Program-made: the position numbers and the translations under genes | Part shown: positions 43,217 through 52,546 of the stretch, piece by piece | How the letters are laid out: each line of letters starts with the position of its first letter | Numbering within the stretch: position 1 is the stretch's first letter | Notes under the pieces: generated by a model | What the model saw: the letters and a program-made list of their open reading frames with translations, nothing else | What the model was told of the DNA's origin: nothing | The model's database searches: none | From: an uncultured Clostridia bacterium | GTDB taxonomy: Bacteria > Bacillota > Clostridia > Christensenellales > Borkfalkiaceae | Direction: 5' to 3' | Length of the DNA stretch: 64,000 nucleotides | Assembly (NCBI GenBank): GCA_947629535.1 | Contig: CANREC010000002.1 | Location: forward strand, 265-64,264

Positions 43217-43269
43217 CTCTCGCTATAATAAACTCAAAGTTTAATAAAAATAAACACAAACCGCAGAAA

Positions 43270-43298
43270 AGTATACCCGATATCCTTTCATATGTCAA
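43270..43298 (-). promoter_or_regulatory. sigmaA-type promoter of the regulator/pot operon
   Basis: On the minus strand: TTGACA, 17 nt, TATACT. Confidence 0.6.
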
Positions 43299-43422
43299 CT
43301 GTTTTGCGGCCGTTTCGGAAAAAAGTATCATAAAAGATATTGAAGGGTGACGGGCGTGTCCCTCGCGCGCACGACTATATTAAATAAAGTGGATCGAAAG
43401 GCTATGAATGGGGGCAAGACGC

Positions 43423-43450
43423 AAAAAAAGACCCGCCGTATCGGCGGGTC
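43423..43450 (-). terminator. Rho-independent terminator of rpsT
   Basis: GACCCGCC, loop GATAC, GGCGGGTC, then T7 on the minus strand. Confidence 0.85.
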
Positions 43451-43469
43451 GTGATGGATCGATCGAAAC

Positions 43470-43730
43470 TTAAAGTGCGGCGAGCTTTTTCGCAAGCTTG
43501 GCCTTTTTATTCGCAGCGTTGTTCTTGTGCAGGATCCCCTTGGTGACCGCGGAATCGATGGCCGACACCGTCTCGGGATAGAGAGAGGTGGCGAGCTCCT
43601 TATCGCCCGCATCTACGGCGACAAGAAACTTTTTGATCTGCGTTTTGAGAGCCGACTTGATGGCTTTGTTCTCAAGGGTCTTTTTTTCGGTGACAAGGAC
43701 ACGCTTTTCAGCGGATTTGATATTGGGCAC
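43470..43730 (-). CDS. rpsT: 30S ribosomal protein S20
   Basis: [17 protein letters not shown]... with a GTG start and SD AAGGAG. Confidence 0.93.
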   Translation of the reverse strand: MPNIKSAEKRVLVTEKKTLENKAIKSALKTQIKKFLVAVDAGDKELATSLYPETVSAIDSAVTKGILHKNNAANKKAKLAKKLAAL

Positions 43731-43773
43731 GATTCTTCTCCTTAAAGATGCTTTCTCTTGATAAATCTTGATT

Positions 43774-43802
43774 ATTTTAGCATAAAATACAGTGCTTGTA
43801 AA
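43774..43802 (-). promoter_or_regulatory. Candidate promoter of rpsT
   Basis: On the minus strand: TTTACA, 17 nt, TAAAAT. Confidence 0.5.
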
Positions 43803-43849
43803 CTGTTTTTCAAGGGTAAGCGCAAAAATTTTTGCAAAAAAGGAGAAAA

Positions 43850-44659
43850 ATGGGCAGGGTTTTTCCGAAGATCGGCGTTTTCGACAGCGGCATCGGCGGG
43901 CTGACCGTTTTGCGGGAATGTTTTTTTCTCACGCCCGAGGCGGAATATTTCTATCTCGGAGACAACGGCCGCGCTCCCTACGGAAACCGCACGGAAGGGG
44001 AGATCGCAGGGTTTGTCTCGGAGGCGATGGAGACCTTTCTCAAAATCGGCGCCGACGCCGTCGTCCTTGCCTGCAACACGGCGACGGCCGTCTGTATCGG
44101 GGAGATGCGAAAAAAATTTCCCTTCCCGATCGTCGGGACGGAACCCGCCGTCCGTCTTGCGGCCACTGAGTGCAGAAGGGCCCTGATCCTTTCGACCGTG
44201 CGGACGGCAGAGAGCGAACGGCTCGCCGCGTTGATCCGCAGCTGTCCGCAATGTGATTTTTCGGTGCTTCCATGTCCCGATCTTGCGGGAGAAATAGAAC
44301 TTCTTTTCCACCGTGGGGGAGAAATGGGGAATTTCGTCCACCTGATTCCTCCGAAAGGCCGAAACTATGACGGGATCGTGCTCGGATGCACCCATTACGT
44401 CTTTCTGAAGAGGAAAATTGCCGCATTTTACGGCTGTAAGACGTATGACGGCAACCGAGGCGTCGCAGAAATGCTCCGAAAACGACTAAATTTAGGGCCA
44501 ATTGACCACCCCACAAATTATTCAATAAATAGAAATCAAAACATTTGTTTTGAGAAAAATCTAAAAGAAAAGGCTGAAGAGAGGGTGTATTTCCTTGGAA
44601 AATCCAAGGATTTTAATAAATCGGTATTTTTTTCGAACATTTGTTTTAGTCGTTTCTAA
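43850..44659 (+). CDS. murI: Glutamate racemase
   Basis: ATG at 43850 with SD AGGAG. Motifs [18 protein letters not shown] and GCTHY. Confidence 0.9.
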   Translation: MGRVFPKIGVFDSGIGGLTVLRECFFLTPEAEYFYLGDNGRAPYGNRTEGEIAGFVSEAMETFLKIGADAVVLACNTATAVCIGEMRKKFPFPIVGTEPAVRLAATECRRALILSTVRTAESERLAALIRSCPQCDFSVLPCPDLAGEIELLFHRGGEMGNFVHLIPPKGRNYDGIVLGCTHYVFLKRKIAAFYGCKTYDGNRGVAEMLRKRLNLGPIDHPTNYSINRNQNICFEKNLKEKAEERVYFLGKSKDFNKSVFFSNICFSRF

Positions 44660-44675
44660 AAAAAGTTTGAGGCAG

Positions 44676-44699
44676 GTGGAAAAAAATGGCCGCAAGTGG
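44676..44699 (+). promoter_or_regulatory. Candidate MraZ boxes: three (G/A)TGG repeats with a 10-nt period, abutting the -35
   Basis: GTGG at 44676, ATGG at 44686 and GTGG at 44696. The -35 starts at 44700. Confidence 0.45.
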
Positions 44700-44728
44700 T
44701 TGACAAGCCCTAAATCATGTGTTATAAT
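44700..44728 (+). promoter_or_regulatory. Consensus sigmaA promoter of the dcw cluster (Pmra)
   Basis: TTGACA, 17 nt, TGtTATAAT. Confidence 0.75.
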
Positions 44729-44755
44729 GTTTTTACTTTGAAAAGGAGGGTCCTC

Positions 44756-45205
44756 ATGGAGATGCAATTCGTCAGCGGAAAAGCATATCATCAGCTTGAC
44801 GCCAAGAATCGTACGCGCATTCCGTCGAAGTTCAGAAGCGCATTCCCCAAGGGGGAAAAACTCTTCTTTGTCAAGTACACCACAGGCTGCATCGCCATCA
44901 TGTGCGATTCGGTCATGCAACAGAAACTACTCTCCTTCGGCGACGTCGATCCCGCCGATGAGGACACTTACGACGCCAAGCGCTACATGTACACCGTTGT
45001 CGACGACCTCGTCGAGGACGGACAGGGCAGATTCATGATCCCGCGGGAGTACCGCGAATTCGCAGGGCTCACCAAGGATCTTGTCTCCGTCGGCATGGGG
45101 GACTACATCGAGATCTGGGATGAAGAATCGCTCGAGACCAAGCTGAAGGGCATGTCGGTCGCAACGGCAAACCGCATCAAGAAAGAGCACAGAGAAAGAC
45201 AATGA
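44756..45205 (+). CDS. mraZ: Transcriptional regulator MraZ
   Basis: ATG at 44756 with SD AGGAGGG. Motifs LDAKNRTRIPSKFR and GRFMIPREYR (duplicated SpoVT-AbrB halves). Confidence 0.9.
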   Translation: MEMQFVSGKAYHQLDAKNRTRIPSKFRSAFPKGEKLFFVKYTTGCIAIMCDSVMQQKLLSFGDVDPADEDTYDAKRYMYTVVDDLVEDGQGRFMIPREYREFAGLTKDLVSVGMGDYIEIWDEESLETKLKGMSVATANRIKKEHRERQ

Positions 45206-46131
45206 GCGCTTATCATCAACCGATCATGCTCGATGCGGTGATAGCAGGGCTCAACGTCATTCCGGGCGGGCTTTACTTCGACGGCACATGCGGCGGCGCA
45301 AGCCATTCGTGTGCGATCCTCGAAAAGGAGCCCACGGCAAGACTTGTCGCAACGGACAAGGACGGGGACGCCATTTCTGAGGCGCAAAAGCGGCTCGCTC
45401 CCTTCACGGGAAGATATCGCTTGGTACGGACGGACTTCAAGAATTACGGGGAAGTCCTCTCTGCGGAAGAGAAACTCGACGGGTTCCTGTTAGACCTCGG
45501 GGTTTCGTCCCATCAGATCGATGACGGCTCACGGGGCTTCGCATATAAGATCGATGAAGCGCCCCTCGATATGCGGATGGACAAGCGTTCGCAGCTCACC
45601 GCCGAGGACGTCGTCAACACCTATGCGGAAGAGGACCTGCGCAGGATCCTGAGGGAATACGGTGAAGAGCCCTTCGCCGCCGCCATCGCGGCACGCATCG
45701 TCCGTGAACGTCAGATCAAGAGGATCGCGACCTGCGGACAACTCAAAGCGCTTGTGGAGAACAGTCTCCCGCCCAGATTCCGCTCGGCGGCATGTGCGCG
45801 GCAGACCTTCCAAGCCATCCGCATTGAAGTGAACGGCGAGCTCGACGGCCTCGAGACCTGCATCCGCGGGCTCATCGGACGGTTGAAAAAGGGGGGAAGA
45901 GCGTGCATCCTCTCCTTCCATTCCCTCGAGGACAGGATCGTCAAAAACGTCTTTAAGGACCTGTCGACGGCGTGCACCTGCCCCAAAAATTTCCCTGTCT
46001 GCGTCTGCGGAAGGGTCAAACAGCTCGAGATCCTGACGAAGAAACCGCTCACGGCCTCCGTACAGGAGCAAAAGGACAATCCGCGTGCCAAAAGCGCAAA
46101 ATTACGGATCGCCGAAAAAATTACCGAATGA
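45202..46131 (+). CDS. rsmH: 16S rRNA (cytosine1402-N4)-methyltransferase
   Basis: HQPIML..., DGTCGGASHS, DLGVSSHQID and SFHSLEDR. Confidence 0.93.
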   Translation: MSAYHQPIMLDAVIAGLNVIPGGLYFDGTCGGASHSCAILEKEPTARLVATDKDGDAISEAQKRLAPFTGRYRLVRTDFKNYGEVLSAEEKLDGFLLDLGVSSHQIDDGSRGFAYKIDEAPLDMRMDKRSQLTAEDVVNTYAEEDLRRILREYGEEPFAAAIAARIVRERQIKRIATCGQLKALVENSLPPRFRSAACARQTFQAIRIEVNGELDGLETCIRGLIGRLKKGGRACILSFHSLEDRIVKNVFKDLSTACTCPKNFPVCVCGRVKQLEILTKKPLTASVQEQKDNPRAKSAKLRIAEKITE

Positions 46132-46177
46132 ACACACTTTTTGTCGAATAGAATAAAGAACGAGGAGAAAAAGGGTC

Positions 46178-46978
46178 ATGGCACAGTCAGCACTTCTTGA
46201 GAGAGAATATCAAGCGTCCATAGATGACGAGAAAAATACACCCGAGGCCATCGCGCATAGGAAGAGAAGCAGCGAGATCTACAGCAAGGTCTTTGAGACG
46301 AAGGAATTCAACGCCGCAGACATCGCGGCGCTCGTTTCCGCGCCCTCCGCATCCGCAAAGACGGCTGTGCTCGAACCCGAGACCGCGCCTTCTCCCGCAG
46401 CCGTTTCTGCCGCACCCGCCACGAGGGAGCCCGCACATACTTCCACGGGCATCGCCTATAAAGATCATATGCTTACAAAGACGGACGTCAAGGAGGAGAC
46501 AGGCACGATCGCGGCGCCTTCCGCTCCTTCCGCTCCTGCCGCTCCTGTTGCGCCCGCAAGGGAGCCCGCCCGCCGCTATGCGCCTGAGATCGCGCCTTCC
46601 TATCCCGACATCGAGGAGAACGAGGACCTTCGTCCCACGCCGCGCACGATGGAGACCTTGCGGCGCGAGGAGATCCTTCAGCAGGAATTTGACATCGACG
46701 CCCAAAGAGAGCAGCGTGTCGGATTCTTTGCGTCCCTTTCGGCCAAGGCGAAGATGGCGCTCGCCATCGTCACGGCGCTCTTTGTCGTCGCCATCGCGCT
46801 CGTCTTTATCAACACGGGGATCATCAACTCCATCAAGGACGATCTCGTGACCAAACAGGCCGAGCTGAAGGGGCTCACCGAATATTCGGAACAGCTGAAC
46901 GGCCGCATCGAAGAGATCACCGACCCTGCGTTTGTCGATGACTACGCAGAGCACGAGCTCGGAATGACGCGTTCCTAA
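46178..46978 (+). CDS. ftsL: FtsL/DivIC-like cell-division protein with a long low-complexity N-terminal region
   Basis: dcw position after rsmH. Single TM (ALAIVTALFVVAIALVFI) followed by a coiled-coil. About 190 aa of Ala/Pro/Glu-rich sequence precede the TM. Confidence 0.65.
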   Translation: MAQSALLEREYQASIDDEKNTPEAIAHRKRSSEIYSKVFETKEFNAADIAALVSAPSASAKTAVLEPETAPSPAAVSAAPATREPAHTSTGIAYKDHMLTKTDVKEETGTIAAPSAPSAPAAPVAPAREPARRYAPEIAPSYPDIEENEDLRPTPRTMETLRREEILQQEFDIDAQREQRVGFFASLSAKAKMALAIVTALFVVAIALVFINTGIINSIKDDLVTKQAELKGLTEYSEQLNGRIEEITDPAFVDDYAEHELGMTRS

Positions 46979-47040
46979 AGGGGGAAAGTTCCATCAAAGA
47001 TCAATATTCCGTAACGGTCTTACGAAAGAGGTTATTTGCC

Positions 47041-48732
47041 ATGTTATTGGTAATAACCTTTATTTTTTGTCTCTTTTTGGGAAGATTCTTCTATATTCAG
47101 GTCATCTGGAAGGGGAAATTGCACTATTTGGCGCTCGACCAATGGACGAGGGAGATCCCCGTACATGCGGGAAGAGGCAAGATCTATGACGTGAACGGTG
47201 AACTGCTCGCGGGGAACACGGCCGCGTACAGCGTCTATGCGCGCGCAAACGCCGTGGAAAACGCCGAACGCGCGGCGGATACCCTTTCGGGCATTTTAGG
47301 CCTTTCCCGCGACGACCTTGCGGCCAAGCTTTCCGACAAGAGCAAGTCCGAGATCGTCCTTCTCCGCAAGACGGGAAAGGAGACGGTCGAGGCGCTTTCG
47401 GGACAGGATATCCGCGGCGTATACTTTGCCCGCGACGACGTTCGGGTCTATCCCTACGGCTCGCTCGCCTGTCAGGTGCTCGGGTTTACGTCCTATGACG
47501 GCTCGGGCACAACGGGTGTGGAAGGGTACTACAACAGTTTTCTTGCAGGGGAGAACGGCGAGATCCTCTATGAGACCGATCTCGTCGGCGTCGACCTTGA
47601 GGACGCCGTCCCTGCCTATCTTCCAGCAGAGGACGGGCTCTCCGTCCGTCTCACCCTTGACTACCGCATCCAGTCTCTTGCCGAGCAGGTCATGGCGCGG
47701 GCGCTCTCTGCCTCGCAGGCAAAGGCGGCGCGGGCGATCGTGCTCGACCCGTCCGATTTTTCGGTGCTCGCCATGGTCAATCTGCCGTCCTACGATCTCA
47801 ATGCCATTCCGAGGGATGACATTTCCCTGCTCAACACCCTGTCGAGGAACGCCCTTGTCTCGGATATCTATGAGCCCGGGTCGACTTTCAAGATCGTCAC
47901 TGCCGCCGCCAACATCGAGGAGGGGCTCAAGGGGAACAGCCGTGCACTGCCGCTTGGCCATGTCTATTCCTCTTCCCGCACGCGCACGGTGGACGGCACG
48001 ACCATCAAGTGCTGGAGCGACCACAAGAACGGGAAACATTCCAACCAGACCCTTGCCGAGGCGCTCAACAACAGCTGTAATCCCTGTTTTGTGGATATCG
48101 CGCTCGCATTGGGAGAGGAAACTTTTTATGACTATCTCGAAACCTTTCGGTTCGGACGGGCGACGGGCATCGATTTTTCGGGAGAATCCATCGGCATGCT
48201 CTTACCCGAGAGCGTCGTCAAGGACTGCGACCTTGCCCGTATCGGATTCGGCCAGACCATCGCCGTCAGCCCCCTGCAGCTCGCCTGCGCCGTCTCGTCC
48301 GCCGTCAATGGGGGATATTATTATGCGCCGCGCCTTGTCGAAGAACTCTTCTCCGAGGACGGGAGCGTCAGCAAAAAGACGGAGAAAAAACTCTTGGGCC
48401 GCACGGTCAGCGAGGAGACGTCGCGCATCCTTTCGTCCATGCTCGAGGGCGTCGTCCGCGACGGGAGCGGCAAAAAGGCCTTCATCGAGGGGTATCGCGT
48501 CGCGGGAAAGACGGGCACAGCCCAAAAATACGAAAACGGACGCATCGCACAGGGGAAGTATGTCTCTTCCTTTGTGGGATATTTTCCCGCGAATGAACCA
48601 AAATATCTTGCACTCATCATCATTGACGAACCGCAGGGGTCCTACTACGGCAGTACCGTCGCCGCGCCCTGTGCGGGAGAGATCTTTCAGGGCATCATTG
48701 ACATGATGCAGCTACCGAAATCGGAGGGATGA
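47041..48732 (+). CDS. Class B penicillin-binding protein (FtsI/SpoVD-type transpeptidase)
   Basis: 563 aa. Motifs STFK, SCN and KTGT, in the dcw position. Confidence 0.9.
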   Translation: MLLVITFIFCLFLGRFFYIQVIWKGKLHYLALDQWTREIPVHAGRGKIYDVNGELLAGNTAAYSVYARANAVENAERAADTLSGILGLSRDDLAAKLSDKSKSEIVLLRKTGKETVEALSGQDIRGVYFARDDVRVYPYGSLACQVLGFTSYDGSGTTGVEGYYNSFLAGENGEILYETDLVGVDLEDAVPAYLPAEDGLSVRLTLDYRIQSLAEQVMARALSASQAKAARAIVLDPSDFSVLAMVNLPSYDLNAIPRDDISLLNTLSRNALVSDIYEPGSTFKIVTAAANIEEGLKGNSRALPLGHVYSSSRTRTVDGTTIKCWSDHKNGKHSNQTLAEALNNSCNPCFVDIALALGEETFYDYLETFRFGRATGIDFSGESIGMLLPESVVKDCDLARIGFGQTIAVSPLQLACAVSSAVNGGYYYAPRLVEELFSEDGSVSKKTEKKLLGRTVSEETSRILSSMLEGVVRDGSGKKAFIEGYRVAGKTGTAQKYENGRIAQGKYVSSFVGYFPANEPKYLALIIIDEPQGSYYGSTVAAPCAGEIFQGIIDMMQLPKSEG

Positions 48733-48735
48733 ACC

Positions 48736-50172
48736 ATGAAACTTTCCATTCTTGCCGCAGAGGGCGGGGGCGTCCTCAAGGGGACAGATGTTGAGATCTC
48801 CTCGCTCTGCGCAGACAGCAGGGTCGTCGGGGAAGGGGATCTCTTTTTCTGCATCAACGGCACCCGCGAGGACGCCCATAAGTATGCCGCCGAGGCGGAA
48901 CGCAGGGGAGCCGCGGGGATCGTCTGCGAGAGAAAGACGGAGACGAGCCTTCCCTATATCCTCGTGCCCGACAGCAGGCGGGCCATGGCGCACATTGCCG
49001 CCGCCTTCTACGGTCATCCCGAAAAATACATGAAGTTTGTCGGCGTGACGGGAACGAACGGAAAGACGACCGTCACGCACATGCTCAGTTCGGTCTTTGC
49101 GGCAGCGGGGAAAAAGGCGGGGCTCATCGGAACGCTCGGCGCAAAGTTCGGCAAAGCCTTTCTTCCGCCCGCCCTGACGACCCCCGATCCCATCTCGCTC
49201 TTCTCTCTTCTTGCGGGCATGAAGAAGGACAGAACGGAGTACGTCTTTATGGAAGTCTCCGCCCATGCGCTTGCCCTCAAGAAAGATTCCCCGATCGTGT
49301 ACGACGCCGCCATTTTCACCAACCTCACGCAGGACCATCTTGACTTCTTTCCCGACATGCAAGCGTATGGCGAGGCGAAGAGATCGCTCTTTGCACGCTG
49401 CCGTCTCGCGATCCTGAACGGCGACGATCCCTTCTCGGCGGAGATCGCAAAGATCGCTCCAGAGAGCCTCACATACGGGCTCGACGGACCCGCAGACTGT
49501 TTCGCCATGATCGAACAGGAGAGCTTGGCGGGCACGCGGGCGATCCTCAACCTCGAGGACGACATCTGCGAGATCGACCTTCCCATGACAGGACGGCACA
49601 ACGTCTCCAATGCCTTGGCCGCGGCGGCATGCTGCAAGAGGCTCGGCATCGGTATGGACGCCATTGCGGCAGGGCTCTCCGATGTGCATGTGGAGGGAAG
49701 GCTCGAACGCATCGGGACATATCGCGGCGCAGACATCTTTGTGGACTTTGCCCATACGCCCGACGGGCTCGAGAAGTCGCTGAACGCCCTCAGACGGCAC
49801 CTCAAGGGAAAGCTCATCGTCGTGTTCGGGTGCGGGGGCAACCGCGATCGGACGAAACGCCGCATCATGGGCGAGATCGTCGCGAAAAACTGCGATTTTG
49901 CGGTCATTACCTCGGACAATCCCCGCTATGAGGACCCCTGCGCCATCATTTCGGAGATCGAACTCGGCTATAAAAAAGTCAGCCGCAATTATGTCGCCGT
50001 GGAAGAGCGTGAAAAGGCCATCGCCTATGCCATGCAGAAGGTTGGGGAAGGGGACATTGTTCTCGTGGCGGGAAAGGGGGGAGAGACAGAACAGGAGATC
50101 ATGGGCGTCAAATACAATTACAGTGACAAGGCGGTAATAAAGTCGCTCATGGGGAGTGGAAATGCTCAATAG
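48736..50172 (+). CDS. murE: UDP-MurNAc-L-Ala-D-Glu:meso-diaminopimelate ligase
   Basis: GVTGTNGKTT P-loop, and the DNPR motif (TSDNPRYEDP) diagnostic of DAP-adding MurE. Confidence 0.92.
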   Translation: MKLSILAAEGGGVLKGTDVEISSLCADSRVVGEGDLFFCINGTREDAHKYAAEAERRGAAGIVCERKTETSLPYILVPDSRRAMAHIAAAFYGHPEKYMKFVGVTGTNGKTTVTHMLSSVFAAAGKKAGLIGTLGAKFGKAFLPPALTTPDPISLFSLLAGMKKDRTEYVFMEVSAHALALKKDSPIVYDAAIFTNLTQDHLDFFPDMQAYGEAKRSLFARCRLAILNGDDPFSAEIAKIAPESLTYGLDGPADCFAMIEQESLAGTRAILNLEDDICEIDLPMTGRHNVSNALAAAACCKRLGIGMDAIAAGLSDVHVEGRLERIGTYRGADIFVDFAHTPDGLEKSLNALRRHLKGKLIVVFGCGGNRDRTKRRIMGEIVAKNCDFAVITSDNPRYEDPCAIISEIELGYKKVSRNYVAVEEREKAIAYAMQKVGEGDIVLVAGKGGETEQEIMGVKYNYSDKAVIKSLMGSGNAQ

Positions 50173-51112
50173 ATTTATCTATTCATTGCTTTTTTCCTTC
50201 CTCTTGTCTCTTGCGCTCTGCGCAGCCGAGATCCCGCTCTTAAAGAAACTCGGGGCGGGGCAGAACATCCTCGAATACGTCAAGGAACACAAGGACAAGG
50301 GGGGGACGCCGACGATGGGCGGGCTCGGGTTCATTCTCGCCGCCTCGGTCATCGCCCTCATTTTTTGCGGAATTTCGGACAGGCCCTTTTCCGTCTGCGT
50401 CGCTGTCGGCGTGGGATATATGCTTGTCGGCCTCATCGACGACCTTCTCAAAAAGCTCCGTGGCAAAAATTTGGGGCTTAGGCCATACCAGAAGATCCTC
50501 TTTCAGCTCGCCGTCGCCCTGATCGCGAGCGCCTACGCATGTATGAACGGCTTGACAGTTCTCTATCTTCCGTATACGCGGCGTGCTTTCGACATCGGTT
50601 GGTGGATGTTCCCGCTCGGGACGCTCGTATTCCTTGCCACCGTCAACAGCGTCAATCTGACGGACGGGCTCGACGGGCTTGCGGGCTCCTCTTGCGCCTT
50701 TTTCTTCCTGTTATTGGGAGCGCTGATCGCCTTGCAGGGGGGCGCGGCCATGCCTACGCTGTGTTTCTGCCTTACGGGTGCGCTTGCGGCATATCTCGTT
50801 TTCAACGTGCCGCGTGCGAGCGTGTTCATGGGGGATACGGGCTCCCTCGCCTTGGGCGGCTTTGCGGCGAGCGCGGCGCTGTTTTCGGGCAATGCCCTCA
50901 TGATCCCCATCGCGGGGTGTGCGTTTGTCCTTTCAAGCATATCTGTCATCATTCAAGTCATACACTATAAGCGGACAGGCAGACGGGTATTTTTGATGGC
51001 GCCCATTCACCACCATTTTCAGGAAAAGGGATATTCCGAGGCGAAGATCTCCTATTGCTATGCGATCCTGACGGCGGTTCTCGGACTTACGCTCCTCATT
51101 CCCTATGTCTGA
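50162..51112 (+). CDS. mraY: Phospho-N-acetylmuramoyl-pentapeptide transferase
   Basis: ATG at 50162, 5 nt after GGGGAG (the tracker's GTG is at 50156). Motifs TPTMGG, NLTDGLDGLA and APIHHHF. Confidence 0.92.
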   Translation: MLNRFIYSLLFSFLLSLALCAAEIPLLKKLGAGQNILEYVKEHKDKGGTPTMGGLGFILAASVIALIFCGISDRPFSVCVAVGVGYMLVGLIDDLLKKLRGKNLGLRPYQKILFQLAVALIASAYACMNGLTVLYLPYTRRAFDIGWWMFPLGTLVFLATVNSVNLTDGLDGLAGSSCAFFFLLLGALIALQGGAAMPTLCFCLTGALAAYLVFNVPRASVFMGDTGSLALGGFAASAALFSGNALMIPIAGCAFVLSSISVIIQVIHYKRTGRRVFLMAPIHHHFQEKGYSEAKISYCYAILTAVLGLTLLIPYV

Positions 51113-51151
51113 CTCCTGCGCGGGAGAAGCCGCGGGGAGAAGGAGGCTTGA

Positions 51152-52546
51152 ATGCTCTATTCCGAGCAGGTATTTTTAGTGGCGGGACTATCCCGTTCGG
51201 GAGTGGCGGCGAGTGAATTTCTCATCGAACACGGCGCAACAGTGTATATTTACGACGATGTGGAGGACGCAAACGTCCAATCGGCCGTGGAAGGGCTCAA
51301 GAAGATCGGATGTATCAACGTCAAAAAGGAGGAGCTCTCGGAAAAGACCGCAAAGTGCGACGTCCTCGTCCTCTCACCGGGGATCCCCGTGGACCATCCG
51401 CTGCCCGTTGCCTTCAAGCGGGCGGGAAAACGCATCATCGGAGAGGCCGAGCTCGGCGCCCTCAATCTCCGCTGTCCGTGTGTGGCTGTCACGGGGACGA
51501 ACGGAAAGACGACCACCGTTTCCCTGCTCGAATGTATTTTCACCACTGCGGGGAAGAAGGGCATCGCCTGCGGGAATGTGGGGAAACCCATCACGGCGTG
51601 TCTGAAGGAGCTCGGAGAGGACGGCATCGCGATCGCCGAGATCTCTTCCTTTCAGCTTGAAACGCTCTATTCCCTGCGCCCGCATGTCGCCGTTGTGCTC
51701 AATGTGACGGAAGATCATCTCAACCGCCACTACAACATGGATAATTACATCTATCTCAAGAGCCGTCTCCTCAAAAATTCTGCGGAGAGCGAGTACGCCG
51801 TCCTGAACTATGACGACCCGATCGTACGGGGATTCCGTGAAAAGACCAAGGCGAAAATCGTGTGGTTTTCGCTACGGGAACGCGTGGAGGGGGCCTACAT
51901 ACAGGACAACAGTTTCTGTTGGTACGGAGAACGCCTCTTTTCCGCGGACGATCTCATCCTCGACGGCGAGCACAACCGCGCCAACGCGCTTGCGGCGATC
52001 GCAGCCGCAAAGCTCATGGGCATCGGGAACGCGGCCATCCAAACGGCTTTCAAGACCTTCCGCGGCGTCAAGCACCGTCTCGAGAAGGTGGGCGAAGCGG
52101 GTGGCGTGACGTTCATCGACGACAGCAAGGCGACCAATGTCGATTCGGCCATCAAAGCCGTCGGCAGCGTGAAGGGGGAGAGCGTCATCCTGCTCGGCGG
52201 CAAGGACAAAGGATATTCCTATGAACCGCTCTTCGAGGCGCTCAAGACTTCGGGCGTCGTCCATGCCGTCATCTACGGCGAGAACGCCTTTCGCATTCTG
52301 AATGCCGCGCTCAAAGTCGGCTATTCGGCCGTCACCCTGTGCCGACCTTTCGACCTCGCCGTCCGCGTCGCTTTCCTCATCGCAGAGAAGGGGCAGAACG
52401 TGCTCCTGTCGCCCGCGTCCGCAAGTTTCGATGCCTTTTCGAGCTACGAGGAACGCGGAAAGCGCTTTTGCGAGCTGATGGAAGTGTTCAAACGGGAGTC
52501 GCAGCCCTATGTCAAAGCGGAGGCTTCCCATGGAGAGGACGAGTAA
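51152..52546 (+). CDS. murD: UDP-N-acetylmuramoylalanine--D-glutamate ligase
   Basis: VTGTNGKTTT P-loop and an N-terminal Rossmann-like GLSRSG, in the dcw position. Confidence 0.9.
   Translation: MLYSEQVFLVAGLSRSGVAASEFLIEHGATVYIYDDVEDANVQSAVEGLKKIGCINVKKEELSEKTAKCDVLVLSPGIPVDHPLPVAFKRAGKRIIGEAELGALNLRCPCVAVTGTNGKTTTVSLLECIFTTAGKKGIACGNVGKPITACLKELGEDGIAIAEISSFQLETLYSLRPHVAVVLNVTEDHLNRHYNMDNYIYLKSRLLKNSAESEYAVLNYDDPIVRGFREKTKAKIVWFSLRERVEGAYIQDNSFCWYGERLFSADDLILDGEHNRANALAAIAAAKLMGIGNAAIQTAFKTFRGVKHRLEKVGEAGGVTFIDDSKATNVDSAIKAVGSVKGESVILLGGKDKGYSYEPLFEALKTSGVVHAVIYGENAFRILNAALKVGYSAVTLCRPFDLAVRVAFLIAEKGQNVLLSPASASFDAFSSYEERGKRFCELMEVFKRESQPYVKAEASHGEDE

Noticed and set aside
44500-44659. The AT-rich murI tail as read-through or a pseudogenised 3' end
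   Set aside because: The frame stays open, the total length (269 aa) is normal, and the tail retains a RacE-like C-terminal motif. It is therefore kept as genuine coding sequence.
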